From assembly GCA_050123155.1 (NCBI GenBank), contig JASFHP010000001.1:140271-204270 (forward strand): DNA of 64,000 bases, given 5' to 3'. Source of the stretch: Candidatus Bathyarchaeota archaeon. GTDB taxonomy: Archaea; Thermoproteota; Bathyarchaeia; Bathyarchaeales; Bathyarchaeaceae. The position numbers and the translations under genes were made by a program. Position 1 is the stretch's first letter. Each line of letters begins with the position of its first letter. Below, in pieces: positions 28,075 to 36,821 of this stretch. The notes beneath the pieces are model-generated. The model worked only from the letters and a program-made list of their open reading frames with translations, was not told the DNA's origin and did not search any database.

Positions 28075-28354
28075 GACGATCTCCTAGAGTTTTAGTGTAA
28101 TGCTATGGAACTAAGATTCTAAACAGTTTATATTAAGGGTTATCCCATAGGAGAACAGTTGTGCGCGCTAAATCATGCATGGCTGTTCTTGAATTGATGT
28201 AAACTGGTTATGAGTCTCATTTTGCATTTTCGGACCAAGTGTAAGCCGATACAATTAGCCAATTCATTTCTACAGTAAATCATAAATATTTTTTTTCTTA
28301 ACTAGATAAAAGGGCATAAATTCTCGGGGGGGATATAGAATAAAGAAAATAGTT

Positions 28355-29086
28355 TTGTTAGTTGCGCTTTCAATAATACTTTTGTCTACAACTGCGGTTC
28401 CAGCTCTGGCGCAATACGACTGGGACGTTGGCGTCGAAGTAGGCGACTGGTTCCTATACGAACCCACCCTTATCTTATGGGAAAGCGAAGAGGTAACTTT
28501 CCCGCCTTTTTATCTGTCATATCTGCAAACCTATAACGAGTCTTCTTTGATGAACTACACCGTTACCGATATAACTGGTGACATCATAATCTTCGAGGTC
28601 GAATATCACTGGAAAAACGGAACCGAAACGACATCTACACTGGAAGAGAACATGACGAGCAGTGAATCGCTGGTGGTCATCGGCGCAAACCTTCCAAACG
28701 GTGCAGAAATACGGCCTGAATACAGCATCCTTGACATGTGGCCAATGCCAGCAAGAGATCTAAACGAGTCAATAATGCTGGAAACTGACACAGGGACAAG
28801 AGAAACGAATGTTCTGGATCACGACAGTAACATCTTTGAACAAATTTATCACTATACGTACTATTGGGACAAAGAAACTGGAATTCAAGTTTACCACGCA
28901 GAGCATGCAACAGGCGTACTAAATGAAAATCAACAGATGTTCAGCTATTCGTGTAAGGTAGAGCTAATAGACTCAAGCACAGGCGTAGTAATACCTGACT
29001 TTACAGCACCAGTCATGCTGTTAACTTTAATGGCAATCACAATCCCAATAGTGCTTCTGCACAGACGCAAAAAACTACATATCTAA
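28355..29086 (+). CDS. Secreted protein with C-terminal TM anchor
   Basis: Signal-peptide-like N-terminus. C-terminal PDF...TM...HRRKK. The upstream in-frame codons read IKKIV, so the true start may be a near-cognate codon at about 28340. Confidence 0.55.
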   Translation: MLVALSIILLSTTAVPALAQYDWDVGVEVGDWFLYEPTLILWESEEVTFPPFYLSYLQTYNESSLMNYTVTDITGDIIIFEVEYHWKNGTETTSTLEENMTSSESLVVIGANLPNGAEIRPEYSILDMWPMPARDLNESIMLETDTGTRETNVLDHDSNIFEQIYHYTYYWDKETGIQVYHAEHATGVLNENQQMFSYSCKVELIDSSTGVVIPDFTAPVMLLTLMAITIPIVLLHRRKKLHI

Positions 29087-29226
29087 ACCATTTTCTTTCC
29101 TTTCTTTTTTTATTAAATTTTGATCCCTGGACTAGGATCCTATTTACTGGAGTTCCAGAAACAGGTTGCAAAGTACATAGAAAAGCAGAAATCATGATTT
29201 GACAAGAGAACTGGTGTGAGAAAAAG

Positions 29227-29439
29227 ATGACGAGACATAAATACATGGAATTTCGAGAGAAAGTGAAAAAGGCATTGCAAGGAGAGAAGAATGGACTTAC
29301 TTGGAACCAGCTCAGGAAGAAAGGTGACATCAAATATGCTCGTCCATGCTATACTTGGATAGGAGAACTTGAAAACGAAATTGGATTAATTCGGGAGCGA
29401 AGCGGTCGTTACGTTTATTGGAAGTTGAAAGAAAGATAA
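29227..29439 (+). CDS. Small hypothetical protein (possible winged helix)
   Basis: 70-aa ORF. No firm motif. Confidence 0.4.
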   Translation: MTRHKYMEFREKVKKALQGEKNGLTWNQLRKKGDIKYARPCYTWIGELENEIGLIRERSGRYVYWKLKER

Positions 29440-29477
29440 CCTTGAACAAGATGTTAACTTTGGGTTGCTGAGAAAAT

Positions 29478-29870
29478 TTGCCACTGCAGTATTTGGAAGC
29501 TCCAGACGTCAAAATGTTGGTTGACGAAATAGTTGACAGGCTGGAGCTGTTTTATGTTGTTCCTGAATCTGTTCATTGCTACCGAAGCAGAGGCTCAAAA
29601 TCTAAGCGAATAATCGCTCGGATTCATGGGCTTGGAAGGATATGGCAACAGACACTTGGGCTTCCGCCAGCATACGTTATCGAGGTGCTTTCTGAACAGT
29701 ACGACAGGTTAACCCAAGAGGACAAGGAGAAAACTGTGATTCATGAATTGCTGCATATCCCCAGAGGATTCAAGGGAGGATTTCGTCCCCACAAAGGATA
29801 CATCAGCAAGAAAAAAGTGGAGAAACTGCACAAGGAATACACAAGAAGGAAAAGAGATAGGCAACAATAA
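29478..29870 (+). CDS. Predicted zinc metallopeptidase (HExxH; COG4900-like)
   Basis: VIHELLHIPRGFKGGFRPH motif. Small single-domain protein. TTG start. Confidence 0.7.
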   Translation: MPLQYLEAPDVKMLVDEIVDRLELFYVVPESVHCYRSRGSKSKRIIARIHGLGRIWQQTLGLPPAYVIEVLSEQYDRLTQEDKEKTVIHELLHIPRGFKGGFRPHKGYISKKKVEKLHKEYTRRKRDRQQ

Positions 29871-29874
29871 AAAA

Positions 29875-31344
29875 TTAGTTGCCGTCCCCCGAAGGGTAGA
29901 CTCCACTAAAGGCTTGTTTAACATACCCTCGCAACGTTAAGCCTTCATCTTTTGCCAAGCATTGGAGAGCTTTTGTTACTCCAGTCGTGTACTGAACAGC
30001 CTTCTTAGGTTTATCAGCCATGAAACTGGGAATCTCTAGGTTGTGAGCCACACGTCGTAGTACTCGTTTCCGAAGCTTGTCCTCAACTGAATTAATCTTC
30101 AAACGCAGAGGCAAACGTAACCCAAAATCGACAACGTCACGGTCGATGAATGGAAGTCTAAGCTCTACTCTATGATAAGAGCAAACATGGTTGTCCCTTT
30201 GGAAGTTTGCTTGGTAAGCGTTTTCGACGTCATGGAAAAGTTTTTGTTCCACAGCCTCAGCGTCCGACCGACTGTATTCTGTGAGGTATCGTTGGTAGCC
30301 TCCGAAAAGCTCGTCAGCCCCCTGCCCAGCCAAAAGAACAGGATAACCCAGATTCGCCGCGGTTTCAGCCAACCAGTAGAAGGGAACTGCAATACATGCG
30401 TTGACTGGGTTAGGCTCCTCGATTAACCACAAAACTTCTGCAAGAGTCCGCTCCAGCTCACCCACAGTGTAGGTTCGGAGGTGCAGAGGCAAACCCAACG
30501 CTTCAGCCGCCTTCTCAGCAAACAGGACTTCGCGCTGACCCTCCAATCCAACCGAAATCAGCTGAACGTCTAAGCCAGCATCTTCTGCCAAAACAGCAAC
30601 AACGCTGCTGTCTACGCCCCCGGAGAAAGCCACAGCCACCGCTTCAAGGTCTGAAACCCGTTTCCGGGTCGATTCTAACAGAAGAAGCTGAAGAGCCCGC
30701 GCCGCGGTCTCCAGGTCCACGGTTTCTTTGGGCGGCATCCGCAACATCTTAACCGTTCTAAAAGAGAAACCGTGATTATCCATTACTGCAAGTTGCCCCG
30801 GAGGAAACGACACAACATTCTCCACTCCCGTCTTCCACAGTGCCTTCCGCTCAGAAGCCACCGCACAAACTGTATCATTCTCGCCATAGTAGAGGGGAGC
30901 CACCCCAAACAGGTCTCGCCCAACGATTACTTTGTTGGAGTCAGCAAAGGCAAAAACGTAGGAGCCCGCCAGCTTTTCGATTATGTTGCCGGCATTTTTC
31001 AGGGGGTTAGAGCCAAGCATTTCAACGATCTCGTTTACTTCGGGCAGGTCGGGCAGATTCGGTGAAGGAAAGGTTCGTCCCTCAAAGACAGCCGTGAAAC
31101 CGTTTCCTTGAACAGGCTGAGGCTGATCTCTAGGAAGGATGCAGGAAAGGTTGTGACCTAATGCGATGCTTGAAACATGGTCTTTGAGTTCCAGTTCTTC
31201 AATCAAAGAGGCGGTTATCGCCGAGTCTGGAGTGGCAATGCCATGACCGTCGTTTCCGCGGTGCTTCAGCTCCCGCAGCATAGAGACTACCGTAGGAACA
31301 ACGTTTTCTCCAGCTTTGTTCACCGCAGCAACCAACGCTCCCAT
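29875..31344 (-). CDS. Asparagine-synthase-family protein with degenerate (Cys-less) N-terminal amidotransferase domain
   Basis: Intact PP-loop FSGGVDSS and AGQGADELFGGY. The N-terminus is MGALVAAV instead of MCG, and the NGE(I/L)YN position reads FEGRTF. Confidence 0.8.
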   Translation of the reverse strand: MGALVAAVNKAGENVVPTVVSMLRELKHRGNDGHGIATPDSAITASLIEELELKDHVSSIALGHNLSCILPRDQPQPVQGNGFTAVFEGRTFPSPNLPDLPEVNEIVEMLGSNPLKNAGNIIEKLAGSYVFAFADSNKVIVGRDLFGVAPLYYGENDTVCAVASERKALWKTGVENVVSFPPGQLAVMDNHGFSFRTVKMLRMPPKETVDLETAARALQLLLLESTRKRVSDLEAVAVAFSGGVDSSVVAVLAEDAGLDVQLISVGLEGQREVLFAEKAAEALGLPLHLRTYTVGELERTLAEVLWLIEEPNPVNACIAVPFYWLAETAANLGYPVLLAGQGADELFGGYQRYLTEYSRSDAEAVEQKLFHDVENAYQANFQRDNHVCSYHRVELRLPFIDRDVVDFGLRLPLRLKINSVEDKLRKRVLRRVAHNLEIPSFMADKPKKAVQYTTGVTKALQCLAKDEGLTLRGYVKQAFSGVYPSGDGN

Positions 31345-31441
31345 CTTTTGCAGCTCCAGCCCTAGGGGCACACTGTTTTTAGGCGAAACTGGTAAAAGGT
31401 TAGTTCAATACATTTATGTATCGTTTCCGGAGGAGAACAAA

Positions 31442-32812
31442 ATGCCTATTCTTCCAATCGACACAGGACGATACGGATCACCTGAAATGAGAGCAATCTT
31501 CGATGAAGAGAACAGACTGCAGAAGATGCTGGACGTGGAGGCGGCGCTGGCTTGGGCGCACAGTCAAGTAGGCAACATCCCAAAAAAGGACGCCCAAAAA
31601 ATCGTGGAGAAAGCCTCCACCAAATACGTCAAGCTTGAACGAGTGAAAGAGATTGAAAAAGAAATCAGGCACGACGTAATGGCTCTGGTCAGAGCATTAG
31701 CCGAAGCCTGCGGAACAAGCGGAGAATACGTTCACCTCGGAGCCACAAGCTCTGACATGCTGGACACCGCAACCGCCCTGCAGCTGAAGGAAGCAGTTGA
31801 CCTGATCGAGGAACGGCTGAACGAGCTGGAGTCAGTTCTGCTAGCCAGAGCGGAACAACACAAAATGAGCATCATGATGGGAAGAAGTCATGGTCAGCAT
31901 GCCCTGCCAACCACTTTCGGCTTCAAGTCCGCGGTGTGGACAAGAGAGGTCTCCAGACACATCCAGCGCCTCGGGGACTGTGAGGGAAGATTGCTTGTTG
32001 GTAAGATGAGCGGCGCAGTGGGAACTCAGGCGGGTTTAGGACCGAAGGCCCTCAAGATACAGGAGCTGGTTATGGAGCGGCTTGGCATCAAGGCAGCGGA
32101 CATTTCCACGCAGATTGTTCAGAGGGACAGGTATGCTGAACTTACCTGCATTCTAGCCATACTTGCCTCCACACTAGATAACATGGCATCTGAGGTTCGG
32201 GAACTGCAGAGACCCGAGATAGGCGAGGCTTTCGAGGCTTTCGAGCAGAAGAAGCAGGTTGGCAGCTCAACCATGCCCCACAAACGTAACCCCATGATAT
32301 CTGAGAGAATCTGCGGCTTGGCGAAGATACTGAGGAGCCTTGTTTCGCCGGCGCTGGAGAACGTTCCCACATGGCATGAACGTGACCTAACTCAGTCCTC
32401 GTGTGAGCGGTTTGTGATTCCGGAAGAGTGCATTCTCATTGATTACATGCTGATTTTGATGATTCGCGTGTTGAAGGGGCTGCAGGTAGACGAGACAAGG
32501 ATGCGGGAGAATATGGAGTTGACGCAGGGGCGGATGATGTCTGAGGCGGTTATGCTTGCTCTAGCAAAGAAGGGGCTGGGACGACAGAAAGCCCACGAAC
32601 TCACACGGGAACTGGCAATAAAAAGCCACAACCAGCAACGAAACTTCAAAGAAGTGCTCTGTGAAGACGTCACAGTCAGCAAGTTACTAACTAAAACAGA
32701 AATCGATGAGGTAATGGACCCACGAAACTATCTGGGCACAGCACCAAAACAGGTCGAACAAGTCATACAAAAAACCAGAAAAGAACGACAGGCAAGAGGC
32801 TTAACAGACTAG
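31442..32812 (+). CDS. purB: Adenylosuccinate lyase
   Basis: SSTMPHKRNP fumarate-lyase signature and a RYGSPEM start region. ATG at 31442 is preferred over the track's upstream extension. Confidence 0.92.
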   Translation: MPILPIDTGRYGSPEMRAIFDEENRLQKMLDVEAALAWAHSQVGNIPKKDAQKIVEKASTKYVKLERVKEIEKEIRHDVMALVRALAEACGTSGEYVHLGATSSDMLDTATALQLKEAVDLIEERLNELESVLLARAEQHKMSIMMGRSHGQHALPTTFGFKSAVWTREVSRHIQRLGDCEGRLLVGKMSGAVGTQAGLGPKALKIQELVMERLGIKAADISTQIVQRDRYAELTCILAILASTLDNMASEVRELQRPEIGEAFEAFEQKKQVGSSTMPHKRNPMISERICGLAKILRSLVSPALENVPTWHERDLTQSSCERFVIPEECILIDYMLILMIRVLKGLQVDETRMRENMELTQGRMMSEAVMLALAKKGLGRQKAHELTRELAIKSHNQQRNFKEVLCEDVTVSKLLTKTEIDEVMDPRNYLGTAPKQVEQVIQKTRKERQARGLTD

Positions 32813-32823
32813 CACCCAGTTTT

Positions 32824-32881
32824 GCTTGAAAAACAGAAAAAGACTGTTTTTTCAACAATGATCTGTTATTAGTCTCCTAAT
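32824..32881 (-). repeat. Interspersed ~50-bp repeat, copy E (most palindromic)
   Basis: The reverse complement reads attaggagactaataacagatcattgttgaaaaaacagtctttttctgtttttcaagc. It contains the hairpin ttgaaaaacag/ctgttttttcaa. It sits between convergent purB and the 241-aa gene and overlaps that gene's stop codon. Confidence 0.85.
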
Positions 32882-33602
32882 ATGAACTGTGTTCTGTTAG
32901 TTTCCTTTTGTAGACTGCAACCACCAAAGCCACTGTTAGAGTCAGCGGCAGAATTGTCCATGACGGAAACTCGGGAATTTCTTCATTCAATCGAATCTGG
33001 ACATTTTCTTCACTAATGGTTATTGTTTGTGTGTTGCTCCAACCACTTGCTTCAACAGGCGTTAAGGTATAACCAAATATAAACCAGACACGTTCATCTG
33101 CCCAATACTTATAATAACCAGCTAGTGCTTCAACCTGAAAATCTACTTGAGCATCATCAGGATAATCTGCTGGAATCGCCAAGACCGTATATTCAGAACT
33201 TGACGGAACTGGATTAGCTGAAGAAGAAGCATTACTGCGTGAATAAAGTTCTTCCCATTCGTCTCCGAAGTGCCCTTTGGTTCGAACATTATAGTAGAGG
33301 TTTATTTCATGTCCATCAGCATCAACATAAGGCGTAAAGGGTTGGTTCGTGATTACAATCTCTATTGACCTGTTTTTCACATGGTAACCAGGAGTGGTTT
33401 TCACAGTCTCCTCTCCTGTATACTCATCGATTTTTGTGGTAGTAACAGGTGACACATCATACGGATACGCCACAAGCTCTACAGTGAACTCGGGAACAGA
33501 CGGCTCACTTGCGCCACTAACGTATGAAACCTGAAAAGATAATCCACAGATCAGAATAGTTAATAAAAGCAAACGTGAAAGCGGTTTTGTCGTATTATCC
33601 AC
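32877..33602 (-). CDS. Secreted protein with PEF-CTERM-like anchor
   Basis: Signal peptide. C-terminus EIPEFPSWTILPLTLTVALVVAVYKRK. GTG start. Confidence 0.65.
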   Translation of the reverse strand: MDNTTKPLSRLLLLTILICGLSFQVSYVSGASEPSVPEFTVELVAYPYDVSPVTTTKIDEYTGEETVKTTPGYHVKNRSIEIVITNQPFTPYVDADGHEINLYYNVRTKGHFGDEWEELYSRSNASSSANPVPSSSEYTVLAIPADYPDDAQVDFQVEALAGYYKYWADERVWFIFGYTLTPVEASGWSNTQTITISEENVQIRLNEEIPEFPSWTILPLTLTVALVVAVYKRKLTEHSSY

Positions 33603-33652
33603 TTCACTAGACCCATATAAGTAATCAAATTTGCTAACAAAAAAGCGTTTTT

Positions 33653-33668
33653 GTCAAGAAAGTTTGAC
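33653..33668. promoter_or_regulatory. Palindromic site GTCAAGAAAGTTTGAC (proximal) upstream of 32877-33602
   Basis: GTCAA-N6-TTGAC inverted repeat, one of four near-identical sites in the window. Confidence 0.6.
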
Positions 33669-33686
33669 CAAACCTGTCTCTTCATT

Positions 33687-33702
33687 GTCAAGGAAATTTG
33701 AC
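33687..33702. promoter_or_regulatory. Palindromic site GTCAAGGAAATTTGAC (distal) upstream of 32877-33602
   Basis: Starts 34 bp from the proximal site. The same spacing occurs at 36736/36770. Confidence 0.6.
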
Positions 33703-33767
33703 CAACAAATTATGTGTTCATCTGCATGGCGAATAGAAGCGAGTTATTGATTAAGGCTCGATACGGT

Positions 33768-35390
33768 TCAGTTTTTTGTTGGTCGCCTTTTGTATATCGC
33801 AACTGCGATAGTTACGATCAGGACAATCGTTACGGTTAGGATTAACGGTAAAATTGTCCATGAAGGAAACTCTGAGATTATGTGGGGTTCCATTAGTGGG
33901 TAGTGGTCGATGTTGTTTTCGTTGATGTAGAATGGTGTGTCTCCTATTCCGGTGTTGCCGATTTCGGAGGCGTTTGAGTATCTGGTCAGGTAGTCGCTCC
34001 AGTAGTTGCCGCTGGTTCCGTTATCCCATGTGCTTGGATTGGCGACGGGCGAATCCGCGGCGGGCGGCAACATGGACACCTGTATTCTGTCGCCCGGTCC
34101 GTTGTCGATGAAGTTGTTATGGTATATGATGTTGTCATGCTGGTCGCCGAGGATCCGGATGCCCCATTGGTTGTTTTCTGTCACGTTGTTTTCGGCGAAA
34201 TGATTGTTGCATGAGTGCAGGAGTTTGACGCCGAAGATATCTCCTGAATAGCTTTCGTATGGAAGGGGGTAGTCGTTTTCCCCTTTTCCGAAGCCGTTGT
34301 TTGCCACGTTGTTTTGTTTCAGGGTGTTGTAGTGTGAGTTGGTGAGCAGCAGACCATAGTAACTGTTGCTGCTGATGTTGTTGGCGACGATTTCGTTGTA
34401 GTCACAGTTGACTAGTTCTAAACCGAATTCGTTGCATACCAGCGAGTTACCAGTTATTGTGTTGTTTGAAGATTCAACCATCTGAATGCCGAATTGCCCA
34501 CCCGAGAGGATGTTTCCTGCTATCAGCGAATTAGTTGTTGAAGATATGCTCACACCGCTTGCATGGAGGTTCTGGACATTTATGTTTTCGCAGTTGGAGA
34601 GCACCACGTAACCTGCGTCTGAAGGCACAGTTTCGTCTCGGTGACCCGTCCAATGGATTATTGGTTTGCCGTTGACCAAATTTGAGGCGTCGATGTCGTT
34701 GTCGAAGCTGGAGACCTTGAGGGCGATTCCTGTGCAGTTGATGGTGTTGTTTCTGAACAGGTTTTGGCTGCCTCTGAGGGAAACGCCTATGGCTGAGGTG
34801 CTTATGATGTTGTCTGAAAAGGTGTTGTTGTCGGACTCCATTAGGCTCAGCCCAACTAGAGAATCTGTGACAGTGTTTCCTGTGATAACGTTTTCTTGGC
34901 ACCCGTAGTTTGGCGACTCAAAAAAGTAGAACACATACGATGCGGCAGAAATCATGTTTCCGGTGATGTTGTTTCTCCAAGACCACCAAAAGTAAACTGC
35001 TCTTTCAGAGTTGATTATGGTGTTTCCAACGATGGTGTTGTCATCCGCGTAAGTGAGGTCGAAGCCGCAATGCGTATCCTTCAGCACAAGATTCCTGACG
35101 GTAACACCATGTCTATAATGCAGGTCGATGCCGTATCCACTGTTTGCTGACAGAGTGTACCCTGCCCCGTCGATTGTTATGTTGTCTCTCTCAACAAAAA
35201 CAGTGCCAGAAATGTTGCCGGTAAAAGAGTACAAGTTTCCTGTTTGTTCTATCTTATCTGTGCCCTCAACAGTTCCATCCTCTCTAATGTAGATCTTGTC
35301 TTCAGCTTTCACCATCTCAATTTGTAGAAAAGAAACTACAGAGACAGAGAGAAGCAGCAACATAGCAAGCAGAGATGCAGACCGTTTCAC
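33768..35390 (-). CDS. Secreted right-handed parallel beta-helix repeat protein (NosD/PbH1-like) with PEF-CTERM-like anchor
   Basis: Signal peptide and many N-x-I/V-x-G-N repeats. C-terminus SEFPSWTILPLILTV...YKRR. GTGA overlap with the upstream gene. Confidence 0.8.
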   Translation of the reverse strand: MKRSASLLAMLLLLSVSVVSFLQIEMVKAEDKIYIREDGTVEGTDKIEQTGNLYSFTGNISGTVFVERDNITIDGAGYTLSANSGYGIDLHYRHGVTVRNLVLKDTHCGFDLTYADDNTIVGNTIINSERAVYFWWSWRNNITGNMISAASYVFYFFESPNYGCQENVITGNTVTDSLVGLSLMESDNNTFSDNIISTSAIGVSLRGSQNLFRNNTINCTGIALKVSSFDNDIDASNLVNGKPIIHWTGHRDETVPSDAGYVVLSNCENINVQNLHASGVSISSTTNSLIAGNILSGGQFGIQMVESSNNTITGNSLVCNEFGLELVNCDYNEIVANNISSNSYYGLLLTNSHYNTLKQNNVANNGFGKGENDYPLPYESYSGDIFGVKLLHSCNNHFAENNVTENNQWGIRILGDQHDNIIYHNNFIDNGPGDRIQVSMLPPAADSPVANPSTWDNGTSGNYWSDYLTRYSNASEIGNTGIGDTPFYINENNIDHYPLMEPHIISEFPSWTILPLILTVTIVLIVTIAVAIYKRRPTKN

Positions 35391-36688
35391 TGTTTCACTC
35401 CACTTTGATTTTGTTTATGTAGCCTTCGCCTGTAAACAACTGGCACAGCTACAACTGCAGCCAGAGTAACCGGTAAGATGAGCCATAATAGAACTTCTGG
35501 ATTGTCATGCGGCTCTTCATGTGGCTCTGTTTTGATTAACCAGTAGTCATAGGCACCCGTTTCCCATGATTTTATCGCACCAGACAGGGCGAAACCGCCA
35601 TCTGAAGTTTGAACTAGAGAAGGATAACCCAAAACTTCTCCTCCAGCATATGTCTGATTCCACTGCATATTTCCTTGGTTGTCGGTCTTGATTAACAAGA
35701 AATCAGCAAAAATATTCTCATCATTAGTAACCATGTAACCTGCTAAAGCAAAACCGCCATCTGAGGTTTGAACTGCAGAAGGATGAAACTCCCTGTATTG
35801 TGTTCCATAGGTCTGAGACCATTCTACATTTCCATTTTCATCGAGTTTAGTTAAATAAAAATCTGCTCCCCCCTCGCCAGAAGAGTAGGTAATACCAGCT
35901 AAAACAAAACCTCCATTCGACAACTGCGCAAAAGAAGAAACACCAGCCATGTTTGAGTCAGGATAGGATTGGTTCCATTTTACATTTCCAGCTGCATCAG
36001 TTTTAATGACCACAAAACCGGTGACCCCGCCAAGCGATGAGTATGTTTTGTGTATAAAAGCAAACCCTTCATCGAGGGTTTGAATCAGACCAGAACCGCT
36101 CTCCTGTTCAGAATAATTGTATAGTCTACTCCATTCTTTGTTGCCGTACGAGTCTGTTTTGATCAACAAAACATCGTCGTAATCTCCAACAGATGAAAAG
36201 GAGTTACCTAATAGGGCATATCCTCCATCTTTTGTTTGAACCAAGGAAGACCCCTGATAGCATCCTACTTCTTCATCGAAGGTTTGACTCCATTCCATGT
36301 TCCCATCGGCATCGGTCTTGCCTAACCAAACATATGACCAAAACCCGTCAGGCAAATACCCAACAGGTATATACTCGCCAATATAAGATGAATTTGTGCC
36401 CACAAAGGCGAAGCCGCCATCTAGAGTTTGAATAAACGGAGCCCCAGCAGCTGTTTTGTTCCACTGCATATTTCCATCTGCGTCAGTTTTCACCAACCAA
36501 GCAACACCATCCCCAAACGAGAAAGCAGAGCCAAGCAAAGCAAATCCATCATCATCGGTCTGAACCATAGAGGTACAAACATCCATTCCGTCGCCTCCAT
36601 AGGTTTGACTCCACATCATTGAAGAAGCAGAAACAGAAATAACGGAGAGAACCAGAAATAAAACGACCACAGATATGACTTTCTTCAT
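35387..36688 (-). CDS. Secreted repeat protein (about 8 copies of a ~50-aa DGGFAL...KTD..GN..W..TYG unit; beta-propeller-like) with C-terminal TM anchor
   Basis: Internal repeats are visible by eye. The ATG at 36688 (MKKVISVV) is preceded by AGGTG. C-terminal TM plus RRR. Confidence 0.75.
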   Translation of the reverse strand: MKKVISVVVLFLVLSVISVSASSMMWSQTYGGDGMDVCTSMVQTDDDGFALLGSAFSFGDGVAWLVKTDADGNMQWNKTAAGAPFIQTLDGGFAFVGTNSSYIGEYIPVGYLPDGFWSYVWLGKTDADGNMEWSQTFDEEVGCYQGSSLVQTKDGGYALLGNSFSSVGDYDDVLLIKTDSYGNKEWSRLYNYSEQESGSGLIQTLDEGFAFIHKTYSSLGGVTGFVVIKTDAAGNVKWNQSYPDSNMAGVSSFAQLSNGGFVLAGITYSSGEGGADFYLTKLDENGNVEWSQTYGTQYREFHPSAVQTSDGGFALAGYMVTNDENIFADFLLIKTDNQGNMQWNQTYAGGEVLGYPSLVQTSDGGFALSGAIKSWETGAYDYWLIKTEPHEEPHDNPEVLLWLILPVTLAAVVAVPVVYRRRLHKQNQSGVKQ

Positions 36689-36735
36689 TTTGCACCTAAA
36701 CACCACTACTACAACTTTGTATGAAAAAGGTTTTT

Positions 36736-36751
36736 GTCAAGAAACCTTGAC
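36736..36751. promoter_or_regulatory. Palindromic site GTCAAGAAACCTTGAC (proximal) upstream of 35387-36688
   Basis: Same motif and flank (tttttGTCAAGAAA) as 33653-33668. Confidence 0.6.
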
Positions 36752-36769
36752 TAACTTGCCGTTTGGCTG

Positions 36770-36785
36770 GTCAAGAAAAATTGAC
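36770..36785. promoter_or_regulatory. Palindromic site GTCAAGAAAAATTGAC (distal) upstream of 35387-36688
   Basis: Starts 34 bp from the proximal site. Confidence 0.6.
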
Positions 36786-36821
36786 GAAACAAACTTTTCA
36801 TCTACATAACAACCGATAAGA

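Noticed and set aside
29478-31344. Lasso-peptide-like cluster (Cys-less AsnB-type cyclase next to a peptidase)
   Set aside because: The neighbouring peptidase is an HExxH metalloprotease on the opposite strand, not a transglutaminase-like leader peptidase. I saw no RRE/PqqD-like gene and no plausible precursor ORF.
31316-31441. Upstream extension of purB in the ORF track
   Set aside because: The extension overlaps the divergent AsnB-like gene start and has no homology-like content. The canonical N-terminus (PIDTGRYGSPEM) follows the ATG at 31442.
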